Shown piece after piece: positions 37,422 to 46,480 of a stretch of 64,000 nucleotides of DNA. The translations under genes and the position numbers were made by a program. The DNA comes from an uncultured Chitinophagales bacterium (GTDB taxonomy: Bacteria > Bacteroidota > Rhodothermia > Balneolales > HLUCCA01). The stretch's first letter is position 1. Every line of letters starts with the position of its first letter. The stretch spans positions 191,166-255,165 of the forward strand of contig CAYYPL010000003.1 of assembly GCA_964473555.1 (NCBI GenBank). Reading direction: 5' to 3'. A model generated the notes under the pieces. That model ran no database searches. It worked only from the letters and a program-made list of their open reading frames with translations, and had not been told where the DNA came from.

Positions 37422-37790
37422 ATGTTGATCCGACTCAAATCTCTACTACTTTTATTCGCTTTCCTGGTCGGAGCCATTCAACCTATTGTTCCTTTGATTG
37501 AATACCATGTGTTCAAGGACGATATCATCGCATTTTTCTGTGTGAATCGAGATGACCCAAACTCGACATGCAACGGAGTCTGTTATCTGGCTAACCAAAT
37601 CGAACAGGCACAGGAAAAGCAGTCTGACACGTTCGACGGTCTCGGTTCTTACTACCCTATTTCAATCGCAGCTGAATCTGTTTCTCTGCCCCCATCACCT
37701 GCGTCTCTGCAGGACTACCCCACCTTGCCTCTGTCTGATCTGGCATGGAATTTCAAGCAGGTCGAAGTTCCACCACCCATATCGGCCTGA
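37422..37790 (+). CDS. Small membrane-anchored protein with C-x10-C-x3-C motif, unknown function
   Basis: One N-terminal hydrophobic helix, then FFCVNRDDPNSTCNGVCYLANQ. It is the first gene of a plus-strand cluster with the lipoprotein and TBDR. Confidence 0.5.
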   Translation: MLIRLKSLLLLFAFLVGAIQPIVPLIEYHVFKDDIIAFFCVNRDDPNSTCNGVCYLANQIEQAQEKQSDTFDGLGSYYPISIAAESVSLPPSPASLQDYPTLPLSDLAWNFKQVEVPPPISA

Positions 37791-37950
37791 TTATCTTAGC
37801 ATAGTCCCTATTCCTGACGAATCCCTGTAACCGCTTGCGTACCTACCTGTTTTTAAATAAGGTAGCATCCATACTTTTGGTAGTATCACAACCACTGGAC
37901 AAGCTCCTGATTCGTCCAACCTTTTATGTACTATTAATAATTTATTCTTT

Positions 37951-38745
37951 ATGAAACGTTTTATGTATTTCATGTCCCTCGCCGGACTCCTGTTTTTTGC
38001 ATCCTCCTGCACTACTAAAGATTCCAACGAAATCGAAATCCCAAATCTGATGAAAATCGGTGAGTTTACCGACGCCGGAATCACCGTGGTGGCCTATTCC
38101 GATCGCGAACTGGCTGTGGGACATAACCATCTGTATCTCGAAGTGCATCAAAATGGCACCCGATACGATAATGCTTCAATCCAGTTCACTACCATGATGT
38201 TTATGGAGTCGCACTCTCATGCATCTCCATTCGGACTCCCGGAACAGGTGCGTGAAAGAACCCACAATCTGTACAAGACCTGGGCCATTTTCACGATGCC
38301 ATCCGGAATGATGGGTCGGTGGGAACTTCAATTTACAGTCAAAAACGCCAACCAGTCTCAGACTATTGCCACCGGTGTCATCCCCATTCAGGTAGCACAA
38401 TCTACCCGTGTTTCCACGTTTATGGCAGAGAATGGCACCCGATATATCTTGACTTTGGTGAATCCGATGGAACCAAAAGTTGGACTAAACGACCTGGAAG
38501 TAGCCCTGCATCGAAGTGAATCGATGATGAGCTATCCAGCTGTCACCAACGCCGCTGTCGTGTTCGAGCCATGGATGCCTTCGATGGGACACGGATCAAG
38601 CAACAATGTCTCACCCTCCCATCAGGCTAACGGTTTCTATAAAGGAAAGGTCAATTTTAACATGACCGGTGACTGGGAACTGCGCTTCGATATGACCATC
38701 AATGGGATGACTATGTCTCGCAGGACGTTTGCCCTCGAATTTTAA
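37951..38745 (+). CDS. Lipoprotein with two YtkA/FixH-like modules carrying Met/His-rich motifs
   Basis: Lipobox FFASSC. There is an internal duplication, and each half ends in a MxGxWEL(Q/R)F motif (MMGRWELQFTV and MTGDWELRFDM) preceded by MMFMESHSHA or WMPSMGHGSS. Confidence 0.6.
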   Translation: MKRFMYFMSLAGLLFFASSCTTKDSNEIEIPNLMKIGEFTDAGITVVAYSDRELAVGHNHLYLEVHQNGTRYDNASIQFTTMMFMESHSHASPFGLPEQVRERTHNLYKTWAIFTMPSGMMGRWELQFTVKNANQSQTIATGVIPIQVAQSTRVSTFMAENGTRYILTLVNPMEPKVGLNDLEVALHRSESMMSYPAVTNAAVVFEPWMPSMGHGSSNNVSPSHQANGFYKGKVNFNMTGDWELRFDMTINGMTMSRRTFALEF

Positions 38746-38808
38746 TTCTCACATGTTGCCGGATACTCTGACCCCTCTGTATCCGGCAGCATTTTCGAAA
38801 GTTTTGTT

Positions 38809-41034
38809 ATGAATCGATCGATTTTAGTACTGACTATACTTTTTTTTATTTGTTTTAGTCCCGCTCTGGCATCGAGGATGCTGCACGGTGTTGTATTGGA
38901 TGCCAGTTCAGGAGCTCCGATCGAAGGGGTCCACGTCGCTATCGCTCAATCTCAGACAGGAACCATCACCAATGCGACCGGCGAGTTCATGCTGGCAATT
39001 CCATCTCAACACCTGATCCTTGTGTTTTCACACATCGGATACCAAAAGCGGGAGGTTTCGCTACATGACATTTCAGATCTTGATGAGCATATACAGATTT
39101 TACTGCAGCCAAAAAGTGTATCCTCCGATGAAGTCTTGATCACCGCAAATCGGACAAATACCGGATACAATGGCATCAATAATGACATTCGTACCAAGAC
39201 AGTGGACGATTACCTGGCCTCAACTGCCGGACTAGACCTTGTATCAAGAGCCAATATAGCCCGGGATCCCGTGGTAAGAGGTCTCCGCGACGGCCGTGTT
39301 GCCGTGATGGTCGATGGGATGCGCCTGACTCCAGCTTGCGTAGATGGCATGGATCCGGCTACAGCGTACATCGAAACGGACAATCTAAGGTCTATCGAGG
39401 TCAGCAAGGGATTCGATCCTGAGTCATCGATTGGAGCATCATCCGGAGCAGCGGTGAACTTTTCACTTTCACGTCCAGTGTTAAACAGCGGGTTGTCGAT
39501 TTCAGCCGAAACCGGATATCAGTCAGTCAGCGAACAAAAGGTGGTCCAGGGATCGATCTCCTACGGACAAGAAACCTTGGCATTTCGGGCTTCAGGTACT
39601 TTCCGCGATGCGTCCGATTACTCAGCTGGAAAGAATACGCGCATTTCGGGATCCGGATATCAAAAGAGTAACGTTCTCACATCTCTCGTCTACCATCCGA
39701 CCGAAAAACATCAGTTCAACCTTCGATACATTGGCGATTTTGCTGGAAAAATCGGATATCCAAACTTGATCATGGATACCCGCAACGCAACTGCACACAT
39801 TTTTGGGCTCGAACATGCATGGATTAATCCATTCCCTGCTGTAGCAAGTATCACCTCTAATGTGTACATCAACACGGTCAATCACCTGATGGATGATTAC
39901 GATCGCGACGTCACAGCTCGGACTGTCATGCCAAACATGTACATGCCTATGGATGGAGAAACCGTTACTGCCGGACTAACAAGCAAAGCTATTCTATTAC
40001 ATGGCAATCACTTCGCGACCATTCAGCTGGAGGCATACCAACTTGATGCATTCGCTGATATGCTCATGGAACACCTCAGTCCGGATATCAACGACATGTA
40101 TCTCATCAACCTGGGAGATGTAACCCAACAACATCTTGGATTGACCACCTCGTATCGATACGTTACTGAAAATGGATATCAACTAGGTGGAAGTTTAACT
40201 CTGCGAGGTGAGAATAATCTGCTTCGCGAAACCAGTGCCCGGGCAACCTATCAAGCTGAATATCCAGACTTAGATACGCTGGAACCACTCGGACTAGCCT
40301 ACACTACAGGTGTATCGGTGGAAAAAGAGCTTCATAAATGGTTAAGAAGTGGGGTATCTTTCAGTCACGGAACCCGGCTTGCAGACCACATGGAGCGTTA
40401 CGGATACTATATTTATCAGCCTCTTGATGGATTTTTCTACTTCGGAAATCCGAGCTTGAGACCCGAGCGTAGCACAAAATTTGAAATCAACACACAGTTT
40501 GGAGCTGCAAACACTACTATCTCAGGAAATGCCTCTTTTTGGGTGAATCGTCTCGATAACTATATAGCTGGATTACGTCAGGATGCGCTGTTCAAGCGGT
40601 ATCAGAACATGGGCTCGGCCACGTTATCCGGATTCGAAATCGAATTGGCTGCGAACCTGCCTCCTCACTGGAAAGCAGGTTCTGTTGTTTCTTATGTACA
40701 TGGCAATCATAACGAACTGAACGAACCATTACCGATGATTCCACCTTTTAAAGGAACCGTATACCTGCAACGACAGTCTGAGTCGATACAACTTGAAGGT
40801 CGACTTCGATGGGCAGCCGCTCAAAATCGAATTGCCTCACAAAATAGCCTTGAAACTACCACAGGCGGGCACATTTTGATCGACTTTTTCGCTCAAAAAC
40901 GCCTAGGGAACATGTTTTCATTGCAGATAGGCGTAGAAAACATCATGGATACCTACTACATCGATCATCTGAGCGTTAACTCGATTCCATCTACAGGAAG
41001 AAATATTCAACTTTCGCTGAGGTTGAAATTGTAA
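38809..41034 (+). CDS. TonB-dependent receptor with CarbopepD_reg N-domain, substrate unknown (metal suspected)
   Basis: N-terminal LHGVVLDASSGAPIEGVHVAI, a plug segment VMVDGMRLTPACVDGMDPATAYIE, 741 aa. Confidence 0.8.
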   Translation: MNRSILVLTILFFICFSPALASRMLHGVVLDASSGAPIEGVHVAIAQSQTGTITNATGEFMLAIPSQHLILVFSHIGYQKREVSLHDISDLDEHIQILLQPKSVSSDEVLITANRTNTGYNGINNDIRTKTVDDYLASTAGLDLVSRANIARDPVVRGLRDGRVAVMVDGMRLTPACVDGMDPATAYIETDNLRSIEVSKGFDPESSIGASSGAAVNFSLSRPVLNSGLSISAETGYQSVSEQKVVQGSISYGQETLAFRASGTFRDASDYSAGKNTRISGSGYQKSNVLTSLVYHPTEKHQFNLRYIGDFAGKIGYPNLIMDTRNATAHIFGLEHAWINPFPAVASITSNVYINTVNHLMDDYDRDVTARTVMPNMYMPMDGETVTAGLTSKAILLHGNHFATIQLEAYQLDAFADMLMEHLSPDINDMYLINLGDVTQQHLGLTTSYRYVTENGYQLGGSLTLRGENNLLRETSARATYQAEYPDLDTLEPLGLAYTTGVSVEKELHKWLRSGVSFSHGTRLADHMERYGYYIYQPLDGFFYFGNPSLRPERSTKFEINTQFGAANTTISGNASFWVNRLDNYIAGLRQDALFKRYQNMGSATLSGFEIELAANLPPHWKAGSVVSYVHGNHNELNEPLPMIPPFKGTVYLQRQSESIQLEGRLRWAAAQNRIASQNSLETTTGGHILIDFFAQKRLGNMFSLQIGVENIMDTYYIDHLSVNSIPSTGRNIQLSLRLKL

Positions 41035-41205
41035 ATAATAGCCAAGCAGGCAAGAGGGCAAGAGGACAAGAGGACAAGCAATTTCGCATTTTCTCAAAAT
41101 AAACCGCACTCCTGCCCCGAGCTATTACCCCGTTCTCACTCGTCTGTACCTCATGATGTACAACCAAAGCCGACATGGATTCACCACACAAGTTTGGTCT
41201 TGTAT

Positions 41206-41300
41206 GGCTGTTTTGACACGGCTTCTCCTCTTTATTTTCGTTCAAAGTCTGCGTGGCTTTGCCACTTGTGTTTGAACTCCAATTCAGTTTTCCGTTTACA
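41206..41300 (+). repeat. About 100-nt structured intergenic repeat element, copy C
   Basis: GGCTGTTTTGACACGGCTTCTCCTCTTTATTTTCGTTCAAAGTCTGCGTGGCTTTGCCACTTGTGTTTGAACTCCAATTCAGTTTTCCGTTTACA aligns with copies A and B. Confidence 0.9.
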
Positions 41301-41330
41301 CTTGAAATTGGGTCAAAACCCAATTTCAAG
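41301..41330 (-). terminator. Perfect 13-bp hairpin enclosing the TBDR stop codon
   Basis: CTTGAAATTGGGT-caaa-ACCCAATTTCAAG. On the minus strand the 5-prime arm encodes the last residues LEIGF, and the TGA stop spans the stem/loop junction. Confidence 0.6.
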
Positions 41331-43763
41331 TCTTAGTAAAAAATGCCTCCCGGCCTGCGGATAGTAAAAATTGAACCGATACTCTTCCCCGCCCCAGTAC
41401 CACGCGTAGGTGTATCCGTTGGTTTCATAAGCAGTATCAAGTACGTTGAAAACCTGCAGAGACAAACTGGCGTTGCGCAGACTGGCTATCCCGCCGAGGT
41501 CGTAGCTGAATTCCAGATCATGGATCAAGTACGGATCAATGGACCGGCTTTCAAGTCCGGAGTTGTCCAAATACTGCCGACTGACTCCCTTGGTAATGAG
41601 TCCGGCCTGAAACCTTCCTCTTTCATAATTGAAGGTGCTGGATCCCACCATTTCGGGCGATAACGCAATCGGAGTGTCCTCATACACGATTTCACGCTGA
41701 GCCCCCGTGTCGAAATCATCCACAAACTCTACGAATTCCGGAATCCGGTGCCGACTCAGGGTCAAATTCCCACCCCACTGCCACGAATCACTCAATCGCA
41801 ATCCGCCTTCGAGCTCAATCCCAACCCGATAACTGTCTTTCACGTTGGTGCGGATCGCCGCTCCTACGTCGTTCAACTGTCCGGTGAGAATCAGTTGATT
41901 GTCATAGTTCATCCAGAAGAAATTGGATCCGACATACCATCCGGACCGATCGATACGATATCCGGCTTCAAGGTCATACAACGTTTCGTGACTGGGGCGG
42001 GACTCGGGCGTCGATTGCGTGTACTCCCGACGCACCGGTTCTTTGTTGCCCACACTGTACGAAATATAGGCACGCTGACCGTTTCCGGAGCGATAAACCA
42101 GTCCAGCCTTCGGATTGAAAAAGGTCAGGTCGACGGACTGGTCAACACTGTTCTGATTCCTGTCGAAGCCCAGAAATGTGTATCCAACTCGTCGCACCTG
42201 AACGTCGCCAAACGCGCTCAGTCGCTCAGAAAGGTCATAATTGAGCTTGGTATACGCGTTTAAATCCGTTTTGAATCCATTATTATCGTAATACCGGTCT
42301 CCGATGCTCAACTGTGGAGCATTTCGGGCCCAAATCACCTCTCCGAAGTGGTCTCCATCGTATTCGTTGTATCCACCTCCGGCTGTAAGTGTCCATTTTT
42401 CGGCCTGATACTCGGTCGAAACCACCATCCCGTAAAAGTGATTGTCCAGCCAACGGCGCCGAACCAGATCACTTCGTGGCGATCCCTGAACAATGGTATA
42501 GGTCGAAAGCCGATCGTCTTCACGGAATTCTTCGAAGTATCCCGCCCCACGTGTGTAATGCAGCGCCGAATTCAGATACCAGTTGTCCTGAAGCCGGTAG
42601 GAATAGTGCAGCTGATAATGAGTCTGCGAATACTGATCAACCTGATCTTCATAAGTGAACATATTATACCGGCGGGGATCGCTATTCAGCAAACGCTGGG
42701 TCTCAGCCTCGGACAATCCATGATTCTCGGCGTAGTACAACATTCCCTCGCGGTCGTTTCTAAGACGCGCCTCCGGGATACCGTTCCAGGCCTGATAAGT
42801 ACGCTCACTGCCCGAAAACACATTAATCTTGAGCAAGTCCCGGGATCCGTATCTGGACGCCGACACAAACCAGGAACTCAAGTCGGATGTCGCCCGATCA
42901 ATGAATCCATCACTTTGTATTGAAGAAAGTCTACCTTCAATAGCCCACTGATTTGGAAGGAGTCCGGTTCCAACCTGGAGTGTATTTCGGAAGGTATTAA
43001 AACTGCCATAGGTCGATGAAACCCGTGCATAGGGATCCGTTTCAAGGGCGCCAGTCTGCAGATTTAGTGTTGCTCCAAACGCTGCCGGACCATTGGTCGA
43101 AGTACCGACTCCACGCTGTATCTGCATGTTTCCTACAGATGATGCGAAGTCAGGTAGGTTGACCCAGAACACGCCATGCGACTCGGAGTCGTTGAGTGGA
43201 ATCCCATTAATCGTAACATTGATTCGGGTATCGTCGACACCACGGATACGCAGTCCGGTGTATCCGATTCCAGCTCCGGCGTCGGATGTACTCACCACAG
43301 ATGGCGTCTGAAGCAGCAAAAACGGGATATCCTTACCCGAATTCTGTTTTTCGATGTCGTCGCGGGTCACGTTCGAATACGTAACCGGAGTTCTGTCGTC
43401 GACTCGATGTCCCATGACAAAGATTTCGTCCGAAATCACCGTTTCTGGCAATAGAAGCACCGAAATACTCGAAGCATCACTCTTGCGGACAGTAATCGAC
43501 TCGGATTTATACCCCAAAAACGACACTTCAAGTGTTATTGACCCACGATCCCATGCCGTAGCAGGTGGGGTATAGGTAAATCGCCCATCGAGTCCCGTCC
43601 TAGCGCCGAAATCTGTTCCAGAAATCCGTACTGCGGCACCTGGCAGCGGATCCCGGGTAGTTGCATCACGCACCACTCCAGAAACTGACTGTGCAGAAAT
43701 GATATCTGGCAGTAACAATACCACCAGCAATGTAGTTGAAAGAAGAAATTTAAGTTTAAGCAT
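41313..43763 (-). CDS. TonB-dependent receptor, thiamine/thiamine-precursor uptake inferred from the TPP riboswitch
   Basis: CarbopepD_reg N-domain (VSGVVRDATTRDPLPGAAVRISG), plug and barrel, terminal Phe. The start is moved to the ATG at 43763 (MLKLKFLLSTTLLVVLL signal), because the longer ORF would run into the riboswitch expression platform. Confidence 0.85.
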   Translation of the reverse strand: MLKLKFLLSTTLLVVLLLPDIISAQSVSGVVRDATTRDPLPGAAVRISGTDFGARTGLDGRFTYTPPATAWDRGSITLEVSFLGYKSESITVRKSDASSISVLLLPETVISDEIFVMGHRVDDRTPVTYSNVTRDDIEKQNSGKDIPFLLLQTPSVVSTSDAGAGIGYTGLRIRGVDDTRINVTINGIPLNDSESHGVFWVNLPDFASSVGNMQIQRGVGTSTNGPAAFGATLNLQTGALETDPYARVSSTYGSFNTFRNTLQVGTGLLPNQWAIEGRLSSIQSDGFIDRATSDLSSWFVSASRYGSRDLLKINVFSGSERTYQAWNGIPEARLRNDREGMLYYAENHGLSEAETQRLLNSDPRRYNMFTYEDQVDQYSQTHYQLHYSYRLQDNWYLNSALHYTRGAGYFEEFREDDRLSTYTIVQGSPRSDLVRRRWLDNHFYGMVVSTEYQAEKWTLTAGGGYNEYDGDHFGEVIWARNAPQLSIGDRYYDNNGFKTDLNAYTKLNYDLSERLSAFGDVQVRRVGYTFLGFDRNQNSVDQSVDLTFFNPKAGLVYRSGNGQRAYISYSVGNKEPVRREYTQSTPESRPSHETLYDLEAGYRIDRSGWYVGSNFFWMNYDNQLILTGQLNDVGAAIRTNVKDSYRVGIELEGGLRLSDSWQWGGNLTLSRHRIPEFVEFVDDFDTGAQREIVYEDTPIALSPEMVGSSTFNYERGRFQAGLITKGVSRQYLDNSGLESRSIDPYLIHDLEFSYDLGGIASLRNASLSLQVFNVLDTAYETNGYTYAWYWGGEEYRFNFYYPQAGRHFLLRLEIGF

Positions 43764-43842
43764 AATTCCCTGTATGATGTTGTGTTCATCAGGGATGCTG
43801 CGTGAATGGCTATACAATTGAGACCGTGCGACTAAATGTCGA

Positions 43843-43938
43843 ACAGTACCGGTTTCCCTTCGCCGGCATTACCCGGATCAGGTGTTTGGGGTTTGATCTC
43901 AGCCCGCTTCGCAAGCACCCCCAACCTTGGTTTGTCAA
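43843..43938 (-). promoter_or_regulatory. TPP (THI-box) riboswitch
   Basis: The minus strand reads GGGGTGCTTGCGAAGCGGGCTGAGATCAAACCCCAAACACCTGATCCGGGTAATGCCGGCGAAGGGAAACC. This matches the conserved GGGGUGC, CUGAGA, ACCUGAUC.GG.UAAU.CC.GCG.AGGGA blocks of the TPP aptamer and lies about 80 nt upstream of the TBDR start. Confidence 0.9.
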
Positions 43939-44202
43939 AGATTGGAAAGACGAATGGTACTACTTTTTTAGCAGATTGTAAAGACGCGAGCCGGGAGCGG
44001 CGAGCGGCGAGCCATATCTTTTCACGTTTTCTCTTGCGTCAGCAACTTTCTCGTGCGTCAGCAAATTGCTCTTGGCGAAGCCAACTTTCACACGCGCAAG
44101 TGTCTTTCTACTGCACACCGCTCGCTGCTCGCCGCTTACCCAATCTGAAATTAAAATCGTATCTTTGTCCTGTAAGTTAATCCCAATTAAAACCATACCC
44201 GT

Positions 44203-44706
44203 ATGAAAGAAACCATCCGCCAATCAATCGATTCCACTGTCCTACTGGGATTACGCGTCATTTTTGGTTCATTTTTAATGGGTGTATTGGTTTTTACCCT
44301 GTTTTCTGTCGTGATGTACTTGAATCAGGCAGGTAATCCGGATTTGGTAGTTCCAGTGGAGAGTAATGCCACCCTCCTTACCTACCTGGCACTAGGATAT
44401 ATGGTAGTAGCGATTCCGGTTTCATCGATACTCTTCAAACGTTTTCTGAAAATCGAACAGAAGTCCGACGCCAACGTGATTATTGCCAATATCCGTTCTG
44501 CATTGCTTGTCCGACTCGCTGTATTTGAGGGGGCCGCACTGCTGGCCGCTACCGGACTCCTGATCGCCGCTATGGATGGATTCCTGGTGGGGAATCCTAA
44601 CGTATGGATCAATTTGGTGCCAATCGCCTATTTCACCTTGCATATCATCGCAAATTGGCCAACGGTGGCACGGATGGTTTCGATATATGAGTACCACTTT
44701 TTCTAG
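44203..44706 (+). CDS. Hypothetical integral membrane protein (about 4 TM segments)
   Basis: The ORF has four long hydrophobic stretches. No recognisable motif. Confidence 0.5.
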   Translation: MKETIRQSIDSTVLLGLRVIFGSFLMGVLVFTLFSVVMYLNQAGNPDLVVPVESNATLLTYLALGYMVVAIPVSSILFKRFLKIEQKSDANVIIANIRSALLVRLAVFEGAALLAATGLLIAAMDGFLVGNPNVWINLVPIAYFTLHIIANWPTVARMVSIYEYHFF

Positions 44707-44987
44707 CAAATTATTCCTCTCCCGTATTTAAGTGCCCAAAGCACAGTAGGTATCTACTTGGCAGCCCACTTCATCAAATGGACGTTGGTTGCATCAGGTG
44801 TCAGTGAACTGGTTCTGCTTAACCACTGATCCAGCTAACCCACTCTCTTCTGTTTTCGTCCAAGTTGTACACGATTGATATCATGATACGGCGCACCAAA
44901 AGATGCTTGTGTACTTTCCTCCCATTCTGCACTATCTGTGCGCCTTTTTAATGAACGATGTCCGTTTATTCGTGCGTTATGTGGTAC

Positions 44988-45998
44988 ATGAAATCTTTGC
45001 TTTTAATACTGTCTTTCCTTCTGATTGGATGTCAATCGAACCCATTTCAAAATGATCCGGATGTGGGTCAAAACCGGCCTTCATCTCTTGGTTATGTCGG
45101 TAATCCGGTGGACCTATCGACCGATCACGAGTCGCTGATCGTTCTTGGTGGCGGGGGACCAGACCAGGATGATGCGATGCGTCGCATGGTTCAGGCAGCC
45201 TCAGGGGGCAACATCACGGTACTTCGATCCACGGGAACAGCTGCCTACAATACCTATTTATTTTCCCTTGCTCCTGTGGGGTCCGTTGAGACCTTTCTCA
45301 TCAACTCCCCCATCAAGGCCGCTAATTCACGCACGAATTCGCTCATTCGTAACTCAGAAGTTGTTTTTATTGCCGGCGGAGATCAACAGGACTATGCTCG
45401 CTTTTGGACGAATTCTGATATGGAATTCACTGTGCAAGATCTCATCCAGAACAAAAAGATTACCATTGGGGGTACATCGGCTGGAGCTATGGTTCTGGGG
45501 GGAGTTTATTTCGATGCTGCTTTCGGCACATTTACCGCCCAGGATGCAATGATGAATCCTCTTGATCCACGAGTAAGTCTTCGCCCGGGACTCTTCGGCA
45601 CTCCTTCCATTTTGAAAAACCGAATGATTGACACCCATTTTCGTCAACGAAACCGAGAGGGACGACTAATGACGTTCATCGCAAAGGCGGGGTATGACAC
45701 CTATTCCGGTATTGGAATAGATGAACAAACCGCGCTCATTATAGATCATCACGGTATTGCAACGGTTTACGGAGTCGGTTTTGCGTGGTTTTATCTACCC
45801 CAGGAAGGATTCGCACCCGAGATCCTGCAAAATGGTCGTCCATTGACCTGGGATCACGACCGTCGGGCTGTTCGAGTCTGGAAAATCGGTAACGGTGAAC
45901 GGTTTGATCTGAATACCGATCGTCCACTTGACCGTCCGGCCGGATACTTCGCGTTTGTCCAGGAAGGGTCATTTTTTATCGAAGCCGACGATGAATGA
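44988..45998 (+). CDS. Cyanophycinase-like peptidase S51, lipoprotein (second paralog)
   Basis: Motifs VFIAGGDQQDY and GGTSAGAMVLG. Lipobox LLIGCQS. The start is moved to the ATG at 44988 (MKSLLLILSF). Confidence 0.65.
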   Translation: MKSLLLILSFLLIGCQSNPFQNDPDVGQNRPSSLGYVGNPVDLSTDHESLIVLGGGGPDQDDAMRRMVQAASGGNITVLRSTGTAAYNTYLFSLAPVGSVETFLINSPIKAANSRTNSLIRNSEVVFIAGGDQQDYARFWTNSDMEFTVQDLIQNKKITIGGTSAGAMVLGGVYFDAAFGTFTAQDAMMNPLDPRVSLRPGLFGTPSILKNRMIDTHFRQRNREGRLMTFIAKAGYDTYSGIGIDEQTALIIDHHGIATVYGVGFAWFYLPQEGFAPEILQNGRPLTWDHDRRAVRVWKIGNGERFDLNTDRPLDRPAGYFAFVQEGSFFIEADDE

Positions 45999-46130
45999 TT
46001 CCTTTGTTTACGACAAGACCTACCAGCGAATAACGTCAACACGATTTAGGCATCTTCAGAGATTCTCTTTTCTCTTATCTGTTTTCGCTTGTCTATTTTT
46101 TTGATTTTCAGAATGAAAAGCAAAAAAATA

Positions 46131-46229
46131 GGGGTAAGCGACTCCTATCGCACCGCTACAACCTCTTACCGTTGCTACCTTCCGGTCCTGGCGGAGTTCA
46201 GAGGGAGCTGGTCGTAAGAGACTTACCCC
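46131..46229 (-). ncRNA. ffs: Signal recognition particle RNA (small bacterial SRP / 4.5S RNA)
   Basis: The minus strand reads GGGGTAAGTCTCTTACGACCAGCTCCCTCTGAACTCCGCCAGGACCGGAAGGTAGCAACGGTAAGAGGTTGTAGCGGTGCGATAGGAGTCGCTTACCCC followed by TATTTTTTT. It has the terminal pairing GGGGTAAG/CTTACCCC and the conserved domain-IV motif CAGGnCCGGAAGGnAGCA. Confidence 0.85.
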
Positions 46230-46236
46230 TAGAAGC

Positions 46237-46267
46237 CAAAATTACGGCATTTCCATCCCCAATCAAA
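46237..46267 (-). promoter_or_regulatory. Bacteroidota-type promoter of ffs (-33 TTTG, -7 TAATTTTG)
   Basis: On the minus strand, TTTG-19nt-TAATTTTG ends 7 nt before the predicted 5-prime G of the SRP RNA. This matches the TAnnTTTG consensus. Confidence 0.6.
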
Positions 46268-46449
46268 GCAGTTTTTCAGGAATTCTCTCCACCTTCACGT
46301 GAAAGACACTGCTCACCATCCGCGATGAGCGGATACTCTCCACGGCGCAGCCATCCTATCCAGTCTGTAAAACAAAGTTCTCATTTGCGAAGCAAATACT
46401 TCTCAATCGTAAACCGAGTACTTCTCATTCACACGGCGAATACTTCACC

Positions 46450-46480
46450 CTTCCCGCTAACCTGTACGGTTAGTGGGAAG
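46450..46480 (-). terminator. Hairpin immediately after the lon stop
   Basis: CTTCCCGCTAACC-tgtac-GGTTAGTGGGAAG forms a 13-bp stem with one G-U pair on the minus-strand transcript. There is no clear U-tract. Confidence 0.4.

Noticed and set aside
43836-44180. The 114-aa plus-strand ORF and the 87-aa minus-strand ORF 43960-44223.
   Set aside because: They overlap the TPP riboswitch and the GC-rich palindromic array. The composition is repeat-driven and no motifs are present.
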